Shown: positions 1-9,878, counted from the first letter of the stretch. The stretch is DNA of 64,000 nucleotides from a virus (IMGVR_UViG_2773858042_000003:15919-79918), one strand, 5' to 3'. Translations and numbers: made by a program. The notes: generated from the sequence alone by a model not told the origin.

Positions 1-105
1 GGCCACAGTCGCACTTCTCTTGAAGCGCTCGCAGGCGGCCGATCGGCAGCCGAAACTGCCGATCCTCGCCTGCGAAGGCCAGCGTCACCTCTGCGGATCG
101 GCTCA

Positions 106-555
106 TCAGGTGTTGGCGGCCGAGGTCACCGAGCCGTCAGACGCCAGCGAGACAGACGCCTGCATTTTCTCGCCGCGATTGCCGGTCAGGCTGAACTCGG
201 TGAGGTGGAAAGCGCCCGTGAACGTCACGCCGCCATCGGCTGCGGGAATGTCGACGATGATTTTGCAGTTCTTAGATTCCGGGGACTGGAACCAGGCGAA
301 AAAGTCCTCGACGTCCGGCGTGTTCAGGGTGCCGGATCCGGTCACCGACACCGAGAGGTTCGCCTTTTCACGGACCACCCAGGCCAGCAGATCCGGATCG
401 TCGCAGTCGGGGATGTCGACGTCGTTCGTGCCGGCTGTGAAGGTGATCCCACGTTCGGCATTGATCGAGCAGTATTGGGCGAAGACTTCCGGCTGGGCGC
501 CGTCGCCGACTTTCAGCAGCAGCTTGACGCCGCGAGTGTGTTTGACCGCAGCCAT
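106..555 (-). CDS. phage major tail tube protein
   Basis: 149 aa; position after tail terminator; motifs like DCDDPD..W and SLSxSGSG..FTGxFxLTEFSLTG of siphovirus/GTA-type tube proteins. Confidence 0.8.
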   Translation of the reverse strand: MAAVKHTRGVKLLLKVGDGAQPEVFAQYCSINAERGITFTAGTNDVDIPDCDDPDLLAWVVREKANLSVSVTGSGTLNTPDVEDFFAWFQSPESKNCKIIVDIPAADGGVTFTGAFHLTEFSLTGNRGEKMQASVSLASDGSVTSAANT

Positions 556-619
556 GGGCCGGGCTCCTTCTTCAGATTTCAGATGAAGCCCCGAAGGGCG
601 GGGACTGCCGCCGAAGCGG

Positions 620-1048
620 TCAGGCTGGATCGATCAGGAAGCGGTGCTCAACGACGCTATGCGCGGTGCGCCGGTCCGGATCGGTGAGGTGGCGAGCAGT
701 TTCGAACTGCCATTCCGTCGTGACGAAGCCAGCGAGCGGCAAGGCCTTGTTCAAAAGAGACCGAACGACACCCGCAATGGCCTTGGCTTGAGCGCGGCTT
801 GCACTTACATCGTCTTCGATGCGGCTCCAGACGTCGACCTTCGTGAAAGCTTCCGAACTGTCGGCGCACTCCGTCTTGTCGTCGACGATCTGGTCTTCTC
901 CGATCACCACATATGGAAAAGGGGCATCAGTCGGCGCGCTGAGAGTGTAGAGGCGGACCTTCGCCAGCCCCATGGCGTCAGCAAGCTCTTGTGAGCCGCG
1001 CAGGGCCGCTTCGATTGCGTTCTGTAGGGCAAGGGACGGGTCGCTCAC
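620..1048 (-). CDS. tail terminator (DUF3168-like)
   Basis: N-term DPSLALQNAI..AL, APFPYVVIGEDQ, C-term HSVVEHRF; synteny. Confidence 0.8.
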   Translation of the reverse strand: MSDPSLALQNAIEAALRGSQELADAMGLAKVRLYTLSAPTDAPFPYVVIGEDQIVDDKTECADSSEAFTKVDVWSRIEDDVSASRAQAKAIAGVVRSLLNKALPLAGFVTTEWQFETARHLTDPDRRTAHSVVEHRFLIDPA

Positions 1049-1458
1049 GCTCCAGCCTCCTTGATGGCTTTCGAAACGGCGCGCGATAGGCGCGATTTGA
1101 GACGACGCCGCATGCTTCTGTAGGTCGGGAAGAAGTGCGGCTGGGCCGGCGCGTCCGCTGTCCCGTACTCGACAAATGGGGCGTAGAAGGCGTCTTTGTC
1201 GCCCTCGACAACACGGACGGTAAGGTCGGGATCGCTGCCTTGATCGCGGCTTTTGGAACTCGCAGCGCCCTTCTTCCAGGTCACTGATTTCTGCAGGTCA
1301 CCGTATTCGACAGGAACTCGGCGTTTAATAGCCGCGGACAGATCTTCGGCGTTTTGCTCTAGGGCCGTCTCGACATTCTGGCGAACGGCCTTGGGCAAAG
1401 CGCGAAACTTGGCTCTGGCGCGCTCGCGGTCACCGGCCCGAAAGCCTGACGCGGCCAT
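1045..1458 (-). CDS. HK97 gp10-like neck/tail completion protein
   Basis: VPVEYGDLQKS and YAPFVEYGT..APAQPHFFP motifs. Confidence 0.85.
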   Translation of the reverse strand: MAASGFRAGDRERARAKFRALPKAVRQNVETALEQNAEDLSAAIKRRVPVEYGDLQKSVTWKKGAASSKSRDQGSDPDLTVRVVEGDKDAFYAPFVEYGTADAPAQPHFFPTYRSMRRRLKSRLSRAVSKAIKEAGA

Positions 1459-1796
1459 CAGCCCGTCGCTCCGCCCATAGTGGCCAGCACGTCGATGAGA
1501 CCCGGTTCCTTTGCCGCCGACACGGCTGTGATGTTGAACCTCTGCTCAGCATTTCGCGCATTCACCGCGCGCCAGGCCGTTGTGATGCCCCTCGTCTGCG
1601 AGGAGGTCCGAACCACGATGGCGACGGGTTGTCGGCCCTCAAGGCGCTGTTGCAAGGCGGCTTCAGAACCACGCAGCCATACCATTTGGGCCCAGACCGT
1701 GAACTGCGGCGCCCAAGGGCCCAGCGGATCGCCGTTTGCGTCTTCACCGCGTGCTTCGAACGTGATGCGGTCGCAGAGATCTCCAGCGCCCGGCAT
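1458..1796 (-). CDS. head closure / head-tail adaptor
   Basis: AGDLCDRITF..TVWA motif; synteny. Confidence 0.8.
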   Translation of the reverse strand: MPGAGDLCDRITFEARGEDANGDPLGPWAPQFTVWAQMVWLRGSEAALQQRLEGRQPVAIVVRTSSQTRGITTAWRAVNARNAEQRFNITAVSAAKEPGLIDVLATMGGATG

Positions 1797-2026
1797 CAGG
1801 CCTTCGTCTTCGGCTTGCTGCCGCCTGGTTCGCCATCCTGGTCGTGGTCGAACTTGGCGGGATCTGCGCCATTGAAAGCCTGGACCTCCTCGGCGCAGTG
1901 AGCGGCAATGGCAGCTTCACCGGCCTCGCGCTTCACCGTCAGCTCCATGCCGGCCTTGTAGGCGATCGTAACCCGGCGCTCTCCCGTGGGGGTATAGTCG
2001 TAGTCCTCGCTGAACCTCACGCGCAT
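1796..2026 (-). CDS. small neck-region hypothetical protein
   Basis: 76 aa, translationally coupled to the head closure gene. Confidence 0.6.
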   Translation of the reverse strand: MRVRFSEDYDYTPTGERRVTIAYKAGMELTVKREAGEAAIAAHCAEEVQAFNGADPAKFDHDQDGEPGGSKPKTKA

Positions 2027-2036
2027 GGTGAACTCC

Positions 2037-2342
2037 TCACACCCGCAGCCAACGATAGGGGTTGATCAGATTGCTGATGGGCGAGCCGTCGGTGAGGATG
2101 GGCTCCCGGTTTTGATACAGCTCTCCGAGCGCCAGCAGGGCCGCCGCCTTGAACGCTGCGGCCGCGCCAGGACTATCAGGCACCAGGCCGATGTTGCAGT
2201 ACTGAAGCACGCGCCCTACGGCGGCGTCGGAATAGATCTCGATGAGCGCGTCGTCGTCATTGTGATCGACACGCAGATGCTCCTTGGCCTCGACCAGAGT
2301 GAACAGCGGGCCGGTCGCAGTGACGACGACGTTCAGGGCCAT
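2037..2342 (-). CDS. head-tail connector (HK97 gp6-like)
   Basis: TLVEAKEHLRVDHNDDDALI..Y..AA; AAALLALGELYQNRE. Confidence 0.88.
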   Translation of the reverse strand: MALNVVVTATGPLFTLVEAKEHLRVDHNDDDALIEIYSDAAVGRVLQYCNIGLVPDSPGAAAAFKAAALLALGELYQNREPILTDGSPISNLINPYRWLRV

Positions 2343-2345
2343 GGC

Positions 2346-2591
2346 TTAGCCTTGGGCCTTCAGGTTGGCTTCGACGGCCTCGGCGCCGCTCAGCGTCGGG
2401 TCGTTGAAGTCGATGCGGTTCTGATCGACCGTGGTGCCCTCGCGCGGGTTGTTGTCCACGGCCGGATGCGACAGATCGACGTCGGGCACGATCTGCTGCG
2501 GCGCACCTGAGGTGTCGATCTTCTTCGCCGGCGCGATGTCGGCGGGCTTGTCACCGGGGTTGGGGGCGGTGACGGGCTTCTTGTCGGTCAT
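2346..2591 (-). CDS. small hypothetical protein after capsid gene
   Basis: 81 aa, RBS-like GGAGA upstream, in late operon. Confidence 0.6.
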   Translation of the reverse strand: MTDKKPVTAPNPGDKPADIAPAKKIDTSGAPQQIVPDVDLSHPAVDNNPREGTTVDQNRIDFNDPTLSGAEAVEANLKAQG

Positions 2592-2653
2592 AGTCGTCTC
2601 CTTCGCTGGGCTGATCCCGGCTTGCCAGGAGGGGCGAACAGCCGCCCATCCAG

Positions 2654-2684
2654 GAAAGCCGGGCCGAGGTTGCCCCCGGCCCGG
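2654..2684 (-). terminator. hairpin after major capsid gene
   Basis: CCGGGCCGGGG-GCAA-CCTCGGCCCGG followed by a short T run on the minus strand. Confidence 0.45.
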
Positions 2685-2698
2685 TATCGCATTGCCGC

Positions 2699-3976
2699 TT
2701 AGGCTGCGACCTTCAGGGCACGCATGGGCTCTGGGTTATACACACCTCCGCCGACCCTTTTCGTCGTATAGAAATGGACAAAAGGTTTATTTGTGTAGGG
2801 GTCGCGCAGCACGCGGATGCCGACACGATCCACCACCAGATAGGTGGCTTCCATGTCGCCGTAGAGCGCAGCGACGGCGTTGGCGGCGACTGCCGGCATG
2901 TCCGGCACTTCGACGATGGTTTCGCCCGCCAACGTGGCGGGCTGACCCGCCGCGTACGAAGGCTGCCACAGGTAGTTGCCTTGGCCATCCTTCAGCTTCC
3001 GCATCGCGGCCTGAGAGCCGCGGTTGGTGTAGAGCTTCGCGTTGGCGCGGAACTCCGTCGGGATGCTGTAGAACAGGTCGATGAAGCCGTCCGACGTCAG
3101 GGCAGCAGCAGCGCCGCTGTTGACGGTTTGGATCGCGCCCCAGGGGTGGCGGGCCGCATTCGCGGCGCCGGTCACATAGGTCAGGATGCCGTGCGGCTTA
3201 TTCGTGCCGTCGCCCGAAAGGAAGGCGATGCCTTCTTGGCGCGCGAACTCAGTCTGAACCTCATCGGCCAGCCAAGCCTCCAGATCGATTGCGGCGTCGT
3301 CCAGCAGCTGCTGCGAAATCGCCGGATTCGCGTAGATCTCGCCCAGAGGGAAATCCAGCGAGGCGATCTGCGGCGTGCTGGTGGCCGGCCGCGAGGCCGT
3401 CTCACCGACCCAGCCGCTGCCGACCGCCCGATCGGTGAACAGCTTCTTGAAGCCGTTTGTAGTGATCGAGATGACGCGGGCGTTCGCGCGGATGGGCGAG
3501 ACCTGCTTCAGCTTGCCGGTGATCGTGCGGTCCCATTCAACCGGAGCCAAATAGCCGCCGTCAGCGTCGGTACCCTTGGTCATGGCGGCTTGGATCTCGG
3601 CGCCGGCGTTGTCGCCCTTACGCATGTGAGCCTTGAAGGCGCTCACATATTCGGGATCACCCTTCAGGTCGCCGATGATGTTGTCGCCGCCAGCGCCTGC
3701 GGCGATCTTGGCGTTCAGATCGTCGATAGTCGCCTGGAAGCCGTCGATCGCAGCGTCGAGCCGCTGGACCTTCTCGTCCAGAACGACATCGGCCTTTGCC
3801 TTCAGCTTCTCGTCGTTCGTCTTCTTGAACTCTTCGAAGGCGGCCTGGAGTTGGCCAATCATGGCCTTGGGGTCCGACACATCGGCACGGACGGTGCCGA
3901 TGACGGATTGCGGACGGGTGGCGGCCGACAGCGCGCACAGCGCCGCCGAGCCCGCCAGGAGACGGGTCGTTTTCAT
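2699..3976 (-). CDS. major capsid protein, HK97 fold
   Basis: 425 aa; coiled-coil delta domain, GGYLAPVEW, DGQGNYLWQP, KRVGGGV motifs. Confidence 0.95.
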   Translation of the reverse strand: MKTTRLLAGSAALCALSAATRPQSVIGTVRADVSDPKAMIGQLQAAFEEFKKTNDEKLKAKADVVLDEKVQRLDAAIDGFQATIDDLNAKIAAGAGGDNIIGDLKGDPEYVSAFKAHMRKGDNAGAEIQAAMTKGTDADGGYLAPVEWDRTITGKLKQVSPIRANARVISITTNGFKKLFTDRAVGSGWVGETASRPATSTPQIASLDFPLGEIYANPAISQQLLDDAAIDLEAWLADEVQTEFARQEGIAFLSGDGTNKPHGILTYVTGAANAARHPWGAIQTVNSGAAAALTSDGFIDLFYSIPTEFRANAKLYTNRGSQAAMRKLKDGQGNYLWQPSYAAGQPATLAGETIVEVPDMPAVAANAVAALYGDMEATYLVVDRVGIRVLRDPYTNKPFVHFYTTKRVGGGVYNPEPMRALKVAA

Positions 3977-3996
3977 TTTCAGGTTCCTTGACGCGC

Positions 3997-5181
3997 CTAG
4001 GCGCTGATGGATTTGAGAAGTCCGGCAAGCAGGCCGGGCAGTTCAGGGTCACCAGCGCCGGGCGTGGTGTCGGCATCATCAGCAGCGCCAGGCGTGCCTT
4101 TGATCTTGTTGATGCGGTCGCGCGCCTGAGTGCGCGTCAGTCCCGCAGAAACCAGTTGCAGCTCCATCGCGCGAAGCTCGTTGATCTGTCGGTCGGAAGC
4201 CTTGGCCTTCTCGTCCGTGGTGAGCGTGTCGGCGGACAGCAGGGCGTCGGCGAAACCGCGCTCGATCGCCTGCGAGCCGGACATGAAGGTCTCGGCGTCC
4301 ATCCACTTTGCGATGTCTTCGGCCTTCTGGCCGGACCGGGCGGCGTAGACGTCGACCATGGCGCCGTCGAACGGCTCCAGGAAGTCGGCGGTCTCGCGCA
4401 TGTCGTGACGATTACCCATCGCCAGAACCCAGCAGTTATGGATCATCAGGAAGGACGCGGCGCCGATCTCGACCGTGTCGCCGGCCATGGCGATGATCGA
4501 GGCGGCCGATGCAGCCATGCCCATGACCTTGATGGTGACGGCATGCGGATGCTCCCGCAGGACGTTGTAGATCGCGATGCCCTCAAACATGTCGCCGCCG
4601 GGCGAGTTGATCTGTACCTCGACCGGGCCGCTGATCGCGCGAAGCTGGGCCGCGACCTTCTTGGCCGTGATCCCGCCGCCGGACCAGAAGTCTTCCCCGA
4701 CTACGTCAAACATCGTGATGACGTTGTCGCCGCGCTCCAGCGCACGGATGCCGGCGGCGTCATCCGACCATTTGTCGAAGACCTGGGGCTTGGTGAAGGC
4801 GGCCACGTCGCGCCGCGCAGGCAAAGGCATTGCACCGGGCCGAGACCCAGATTTCATCTTCATGCCGTCGTGTTTCTTTTTCTTCTTCTTCGCCTCTAGG
4901 TCATCCATGCCGGGCATATCTGGCATAGCATCGTCGTCGCTGGCAGCCCCGGCCAACTCCAACTCGTCGGTCGTGTACCATTTGTGAATGCCCATCGACT
5001 CCATGCCGTCGATGAGCACACCGTAGGGCGTCTCTCCGCTAATCGTCTGGATCGTCCCGACAGAATGCTCAGCGTCGTGCGGGTTCAGGATGTTGACCCG
5101 ATCCCCGATCTGGAACGTCTTCCACGTTCCATCGGCACGAGGGCGAGCCATGGCGAAGACCTTCAGCTTACGTTGGCGCAT
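3997..5181 (-). CDS. ClpP-type head maturation protease with N-terminal inserted domain
   Basis: INSPGGDMFEG, GMAASAAS, LMIHN ClpP motifs; start chosen at ATG 5181 after GGAGG. Confidence 0.9.
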   Translation of the reverse strand: MRQRKLKVFAMARPRADGTWKTFQIGDRVNILNPHDAEHSVGTIQTISGETPYGVLIDGMESMGIHKWYTTDELELAGAASDDDAMPDMPGMDDLEAKKKKKKHDGMKMKSGSRPGAMPLPARRDVAAFTKPQVFDKWSDDAAGIRALERGDNVITMFDVVGEDFWSGGGITAKKVAAQLRAISGPVEVQINSPGGDMFEGIAIYNVLREHPHAVTIKVMGMAASAASIIAMAGDTVEIGAASFLMIHNCWVLAMGNRHDMRETADFLEPFDGAMVDVYAARSGQKAEDIAKWMDAETFMSGSQAIERGFADALLSADTLTTDEKAKASDRQINELRAMELQLVSAGLTRTQARDRINKIKGTPGAADDADTTPGAGDPELPGLLAGLLKSISA

Positions 5182-6445
5182 CTTCGCCTCCGTTGTCTGG
5201 TGCGGGCGGTTGGCCCTGTGAACCTTTGCTGACCTCATCGCCGCCATCGACTGGCGGTCGATCGTCCAGCGCGCGGACTTCGTTCTGGGACAGCCAGCCC
5301 GGCGCGCCGCCTGAGCCGAGCGCCTTCGAGAAGAAGTCGCCCTGATCTTTAGTCGAGCCGCGCAGAAGTGCGCCCGGGTTAAACTTTACGGCCAGCCGGC
5401 CTTTCTCGTCGCTCGCAAGGAGGGACCGCTCGGCTGCCTGCTGCCAGGCCTCAAACCACGGGTTCAGGGCGTATTGAACGAAGAATTGGCCCAGCGCCTG
5501 GATGCCAGATCCCCAGCTGGTCTCATCCACCATGAGAAGCGGGCGCGGAACGCCGGTAACGCGGGCGATTTCCTCGACCTGCATCTTCCGCAGTTCGGTG
5601 AGCTGGGCGTCCTTGGCGTTGTTCGCCAGGTTCTCCCACTTCATCCCCTCTTCGAGGATGAGGTTCTTGCCGGCGTTCGAGGCACCCTCTTTCTCAGCCA
5701 AGCTAGCCCGAAGCCGCTCGAAGGCAGGGTCCGAGAGCTTTCCCGGATGGGTGAGGGCGCCGCCGATGAACGACCCGTTCTTGAAAAGGCGCCCGGCCGC
5801 CATCTCGGCGCTCAGGGCCAAGCCAATCGCGTCGCGGGCTTGCTTGACCAACGACATGCCTGAGATGCCGTCCAGCGAGAGACCACGAAGGTGGAAAACT
5901 TCGTCGGGCCGCAGCATGCGTTGCGCGCCCTTCGGCGGCTGATAGCGATAGCTGACGCTCCAGTCGTCATTCTGGACCGGCTGAACGTAGTCGGGGTTCA
6001 GCGGGACCAACCGCACGATCTCGTCGCGACCTGTTCTGATCTGCCGTGACCGTATGATGAGGGCGTAGGCATTGCCCTTCACCAGGGCGCGAAGCTGCAT
6101 CAGCGAACGGAAGTCAAAGGCCGTCTGCCAGTTATTCGGCTCGCGGTGCAGGATTCGGGAAAGCGGATGGTCCGCCTTTTCCTTGGTTTCATCGTCGATG
6201 ACGTGCAGCGGCAGCATGCCGATTGCGTACGATATCAGGCTGACCGCCCTAAACATGGCTGGATTGCGCAGCGCAGTTTCGGTGTTGACCGTGGCGCCCG
6301 ATGCCGCCTCCAGCCCATCGCGCAAAAACTCCCGGACCAAAGGATCGTCCAGCGAGTAGAACACGGCGCCGTCGCCCACATCCGCACGCGGTGCAGATCC
6401 GGCAGCTTGCTTGACGCCGAAGGGCCAGAGACGGGTCAGATCCAT
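5168..6445 (-). CDS. portal protein, HK97 family
   Basis: 425 aa; GNAYALI, GLSLDGISGMS, EEIARVTGVP motifs. Confidence 0.95.
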   Translation of the reverse strand: MDLTRLWPFGVKQAAGSAPRADVGDGAVFYSLDDPLVREFLRDGLEAASGATVNTETALRNPAMFRAVSLISYAIGMLPLHVIDDETKEKADHPLSRILHREPNNWQTAFDFRSLMQLRALVKGNAYALIIRSRQIRTGRDEIVRLVPLNPDYVQPVQNDDWSVSYRYQPPKGAQRMLRPDEVFHLRGLSLDGISGMSLVKQARDAIGLALSAEMAAGRLFKNGSFIGGALTHPGKLSDPAFERLRASLAEKEGASNAGKNLILEEGMKWENLANNAKDAQLTELRKMQVEEIARVTGVPRPLLMVDETSWGSGIQALGQFFVQYALNPWFEAWQQAAERSLLASDEKGRLAVKFNPGALLRGSTKDQGDFFSKALGSGGAPGWLSQNEVRALDDRPPVDGGDEVSKGSQGQPPAPDNGGEDAPT

Positions 6446-6455
6446 TCCGCCTCCT

Positions 6456-7973
6456 TCACACCATCAGCAGGCCGCGCCCCTCGTAAACCGAAGGGCCGTC
6501 TTGCTCGTCGGGCCCCATAGCCACGCCGACCGCCATCGCCAGACTGACCATGCCGTCGATGCGGCCGGTCGATTTGGACTTGTCCATCTTCCGATTGCCC
6601 GCCGCGTCCTGAACGATGATCGCGTTCGCCGCGCACATGGTCAGGACAGGGTGACCGCCGTGGCGGAATCGGTGATGCAGAAACTCGATTTCGGCCCGGT
6701 CGATCGCCGGCGCCATGCTGACGAAACCCTGGCCGAACTCTTCGAACGGCAGTGTGACGTCCAGCCGGTCCAATTCGGCTTGCAGCGTCTTCATCCGGTG
6801 CCGGTCGAAGCCGATCTTTCGGACGTCCATGCCCTCAGTGATCTCGGCGATGTCCTTCGCCACGAAGTCGTATTCGACGGCTGGTCCAGGCGTGGCCTTC
6901 ATGAAGCCGTCGCGGACCCAGGCATCATACGGTGTCCGGTCCTTCTTCGACCGCTCGACCAATGTCGCTTCAGGCGTCCAAAAGACCGGCAGGACGTGCC
7001 AGACGCCGGCTTGCTGAGCGATCAGCACCAGAGCTGTCAGGTCAGTGGTCAGCGACAAGTCCAAGCCGCCATAGACCGGGTTGCGCCGGAAGACCTCCAG
7101 ATCAACCGGGCCGGCGCACGCCTTCCAGATCGACGGGCTGACGAACGGCGTGTGTCGTGTGACCCGCTGGTTCAGATACAGGTTGCGGAAGCTGTTTTCG
7201 ACCGAAGGCATCCGCGCCGCCTCGGCCGCCTTGTTCTGGATCTCGGTCAGAGAGCGGAATGTCCCAAGCGCAGGGTTCGCAGCGCGCCAGGCCTCTGGGT
7301 CTGTCAGCTCAGCTTCTTCATCCGCCGCATAAACGTGGCAGACGACTGTCGGGTCACCGGATCGCTTCGCATCGTCGATCCTGATCGACAACATGTCCGC
7401 ATCGTTCGGCGCCTGGGTCGAGATGACCAGCTGAAGCGCATCGTCATAGGCGCCCTGCGCCGTTTCGATGGCCTCAATGAACGCGTCGAACTCGCCGCGC
7501 ACCTGGCCCATCTCATCGTGAATCGCCAGGACGGGCGACAGACCGTGCGCGGTGCCGGCCTCGGCGGCGAGCGCCTGATACTCCGTGTTCATGGTGAGGC
7601 CGTGCAGGGTTTTCCCCGATGGCACGATCCGAATGATGGGCCGCAGCTTGTCCGACAGCTGCACCATCTTGGCGGCGAGGTTGAAGACGACGGCCGCCTG
7701 CTTTCGGCTTCGCGCGCCCGAGACGATCTGGCTGTTCAGCCGGGCCTCCGGGCCCACCAGGTGCGCCAGCATGATCCCGGCGATCAGCGCCGACTTTCCA
7801 TTCTTCCGAGCGATCGACAGGATGCCTAGGCGGGTGCCGGCCGGGTTATCATAGACCTCGCGGATGAACTTCTTCTGGAAGTCGTCCAGCAGCATAGGCT
7901 TGCCGACCAACTTGCCTTCCGGTGTCGGACACATCCGCTCGATGAAGGCGATGACCCTCTCGCCGCGCGTCAC
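6456..7973 (-). CDS. terL: terminase large subunit
   Basis: Walker A IARKNGKS, Walker B IHDEM, nuclease GGLDLS, C-term KSTGRIDGMV. Confidence 0.95.
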   Translation of the reverse strand: MTRGERVIAFIERMCPTPEGKLVGKPMLLDDFQKKFIREVYDNPAGTRLGILSIARKNGKSALIAGIMLAHLVGPEARLNSQIVSGARSRKQAAVVFNLAAKMVQLSDKLRPIIRIVPSGKTLHGLTMNTEYQALAAEAGTAHGLSPVLAIHDEMGQVRGEFDAFIEAIETAQGAYDDALQLVISTQAPNDADMLSIRIDDAKRSGDPTVVCHVYAADEEAELTDPEAWRAANPALGTFRSLTEIQNKAAEAARMPSVENSFRNLYLNQRVTRHTPFVSPSIWKACAGPVDLEVFRRNPVYGGLDLSLTTDLTALVLIAQQAGVWHVLPVFWTPEATLVERSKKDRTPYDAWVRDGFMKATPGPAVEYDFVAKDIAEITEGMDVRKIGFDRHRMKTLQAELDRLDVTLPFEEFGQGFVSMAPAIDRAEIEFLHHRFRHGGHPVLTMCAANAIIVQDAAGNRKMDKSKSTGRIDGMVSLAMAVGVAMGPDEQDGPSVYEGRGLLMV

Positions 7974-8449
7974 TGAAAGACCGCGGGCCTCGCCAGCAGA
8001 TCTTCATCCTCCAGCGGATTGGCGGCCTCGATCGCCTTCGCGGCCTTGCGGCGCCCGGCCACATCGCGAGCCTCGCCGGCCGCGCGGCCGTGGATGTTCA
8101 GCGACTGCCGCGCCGCCTTGATTTGGACGTGCAGCCCGTGAACAACCGAGACGCGCGGGTTCGCGTAGGCGGTGCCTTTGTCGTTTCGGAGCACTTCACC
8201 CTCGGTGCGCAGCGTCCTCCGGTTAGTCACCAGCTGGGCCATCGCGTTGGCGAGGTCCGAGGCGCACGAGAGATCATGACCCGTCCACTCGGCCTTTGCA
8301 CGGGCCTCTACGATGTCGTCCCAGAAGGGCAGCGCGTCGTCGTCGAGCGGAGAATGCGCCGGGGGTTCAATCACCCTGGCGGCTTTGATCATGACCGCCA
8401 CAGCCTCAGCGGCGCTGTCTATGCGGGCCTTACGAGGCTTGCGAGTCAT
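7970..8449 (-). CDS. terS: terminase small subunit (P27-like)
   Basis: Coupled to terL; LRTEGEV...GTAYANP motif. Confidence 0.8.
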   Translation of the reverse strand: MTRKPRKARIDSAAEAVAVMIKAARVIEPPAHSPLDDDALPFWDDIVEARAKAEWTGHDLSCASDLANAMAQLVTNRRTLRTEGEVLRNDKGTAYANPRVSVVHGLHVQIKAARQSLNIHGRAAGEARDVAGRRKAAKAIEAANPLEDEDLLARPAVFQ

Positions 8450-8489
8450 GCCGCCTCCACGCGCGCGAGAAAACTGGATTAGCGTTCGT

Positions 8490-8550
8490 TTTGTGGGACC
8501 ACGCCGGTCTTGAAGGCGATGGCCCTAGACTTTTGACCACCCCCCGCCCG
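8490..8550 (-). other. candidate cos region
   Basis: GGGGGGTGGTCAAAAGTCT...AGACCGG on the minus strand upstream of terS, the usual place and style of cos in HNH-terS phages (inference). Confidence 0.4.
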
Positions 8551-8574
8551 ATGGTGGCGGCTGGGGAGGGCTCC

Positions 8575-8820
8575 ATGCTCAGAACGATCGCCATTACCTC
8601 GACCATCCTTCTTGTCGGATGCGAGGCTCGGCCTAACGAGACCGTCTATCTCTACCGAAGCTCAATCGCCGGCTCACCGAGTGATCGCATCCATGTCGCG
8701 TCGTTCGATGCCAAGGATGGGCGGGCCTACAACGAAGAGAACTGCATGATCGTGCGCGGTCTGATGGAGCATCAGCCCGGCGTCGCGGTTGGCTATTGGT
8801 GCACCGACGACGCGCCCTAG
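8575..8820 (+). CDS. small lipoprotein moron
   Basis: 81 aa, signal peptide with lipobox LLVG-C, RBS GGGGAGGG, opposite strand to the late operon. Confidence 0.65.
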   Translation: MLRTIAITSTILLVGCEARPNETVYLYRSSIAGSPSDRIHVASFDAKDGRAYNEENCMIVRGLMEHQPGVAVGYWCTDDAP

Positions 8821-9152
8821 CGGTTCCAGTGATGGTTCGGGTCGAGCGGCATGCCGGCGTCATCGCATCCGATGATGTGGCCGCGCTTCTCCTGTTTCTG
8901 GATCACGCTGTCGTGGCATGGGGCGCACTCAGATGTGAAAGGCCCTGCGAAGAAGCCTTCTTCAGTCGCCTTGCTGTCCCTGTCGGCGTGATTGCAGACG
9001 GTCGCGGCTGTTATGCGACCCTGGCTTAGGCAGGTCTCGCATAAGGGCTGTCTGGATAACTGTTCTGCGCGGGTGCGCCTCCATCGCGCGGTCCGGTAAA
9101 GGCGGCGATAGGCAGCAGCCTCTGCGCTGCGGCGATCAGGACGGCGGGACAT
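8817..9152 (-). CDS. terminase-associated HNH endonuclease
   Basis: W.R.R..QL..QPLCETC...ATVCNH...CAPCHD; position before terS. Confidence 0.85.
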   Translation of the reverse strand: MSRRPDRRSAEAAAYRRLYRTARWRRTRAEQLSRQPLCETCLSQGRITAATVCNHADRDSKATEEGFFAGPFTSECAPCHDSVIQKQEKRGHIIGCDDAGMPLDPNHHWNR

Positions 9153-9201
9153 TGGCTCGCCTCCGTATGACTATTCGGGAATGACCGCCATACCGGCGGG
9201 T

Positions 9202-9699
9202 TTAGGGCGCGATGCCCTCGACGACCTCTCGGACGGCTGCACACGCGTCACGCCAATCAACGCTGAACCACTCGCCGCTCAATCGCTGTTCGGCCAGCCG
9301 ATCGTGGCAGGCCTTCTCCGCCGCAAGCGCCATCCCTGCCGGCACATCCAGAAACAGATACACCTTCAGCTTCTCGGGACACCCCGTTTGCAGCGTCTGC
9401 AACCGGCTATTGGCGCACTTAGCGATGCCGATCTTAACCGGGTGGCCCGGAGCGCCGATCACATACACGCCCTGACGGGCTTCGGCGCGGGCGACGGCGG
9501 CTCGCTCTCGTGCCGCTTCCCGGTCCACAGCCTTCCGTGCCCGGCGACGCCGGGTCTTGATCTTGGCGAGTCTCGCCTGCTTGCTCGCAAAACGAGGATC
9601 GCGGCCAGCCTCTTTCAGCAAGAGGTCAGCCGCAGCTGCCAGTACTTGTCGATCCTTGGCCTGCGTCATGCTGGCTCCCACCTGGTCACCGCTCCGCAT
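9202..9699 (-). CDS. GIY-YIG (T5orf172-like) protein
   Basis: VYVIG..VKIGIA..RLQTLQTG..EK..H..L...RL.GEWF. Confidence 0.78.
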   Translation of the reverse strand: MRSGDQVGASMTQAKDRQVLAAAADLLLKEAGRDPRFASKQARLAKIKTRRRRARKAVDREAARERAAVARAEARQGVYVIGAPGHPVKIGIAKCANSRLQTLQTGCPEKLKVYLFLDVPAGMALAAEKACHDRLAEQRLSGEWFSVDWRDACAAVREVVEGIAP

Positions 9700-9878
9700 T
9701 CGGCCCCGTCTTGTCCGGTTCTACACCGGGTCCGGGGAGTGACGCGCTCACCAAGGACGCATCCAAGGTGACCTATTAGAGCGGCTTCAGCCTCAACGCA
9801 TAGTGTATGTGGCCACGCTGAAAGCGTGACATTGAACCTCTTGTGTCATGGTTCGCGGAATGACGCAACACCTAGTGG

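Noticed and set aside
106-8449. Gene transfer agent cluster
   Set aside because: Head-tail genes resemble GTA types, but they are linked to replication, cI/cro, an early operon and an integrase, so this is a prophage
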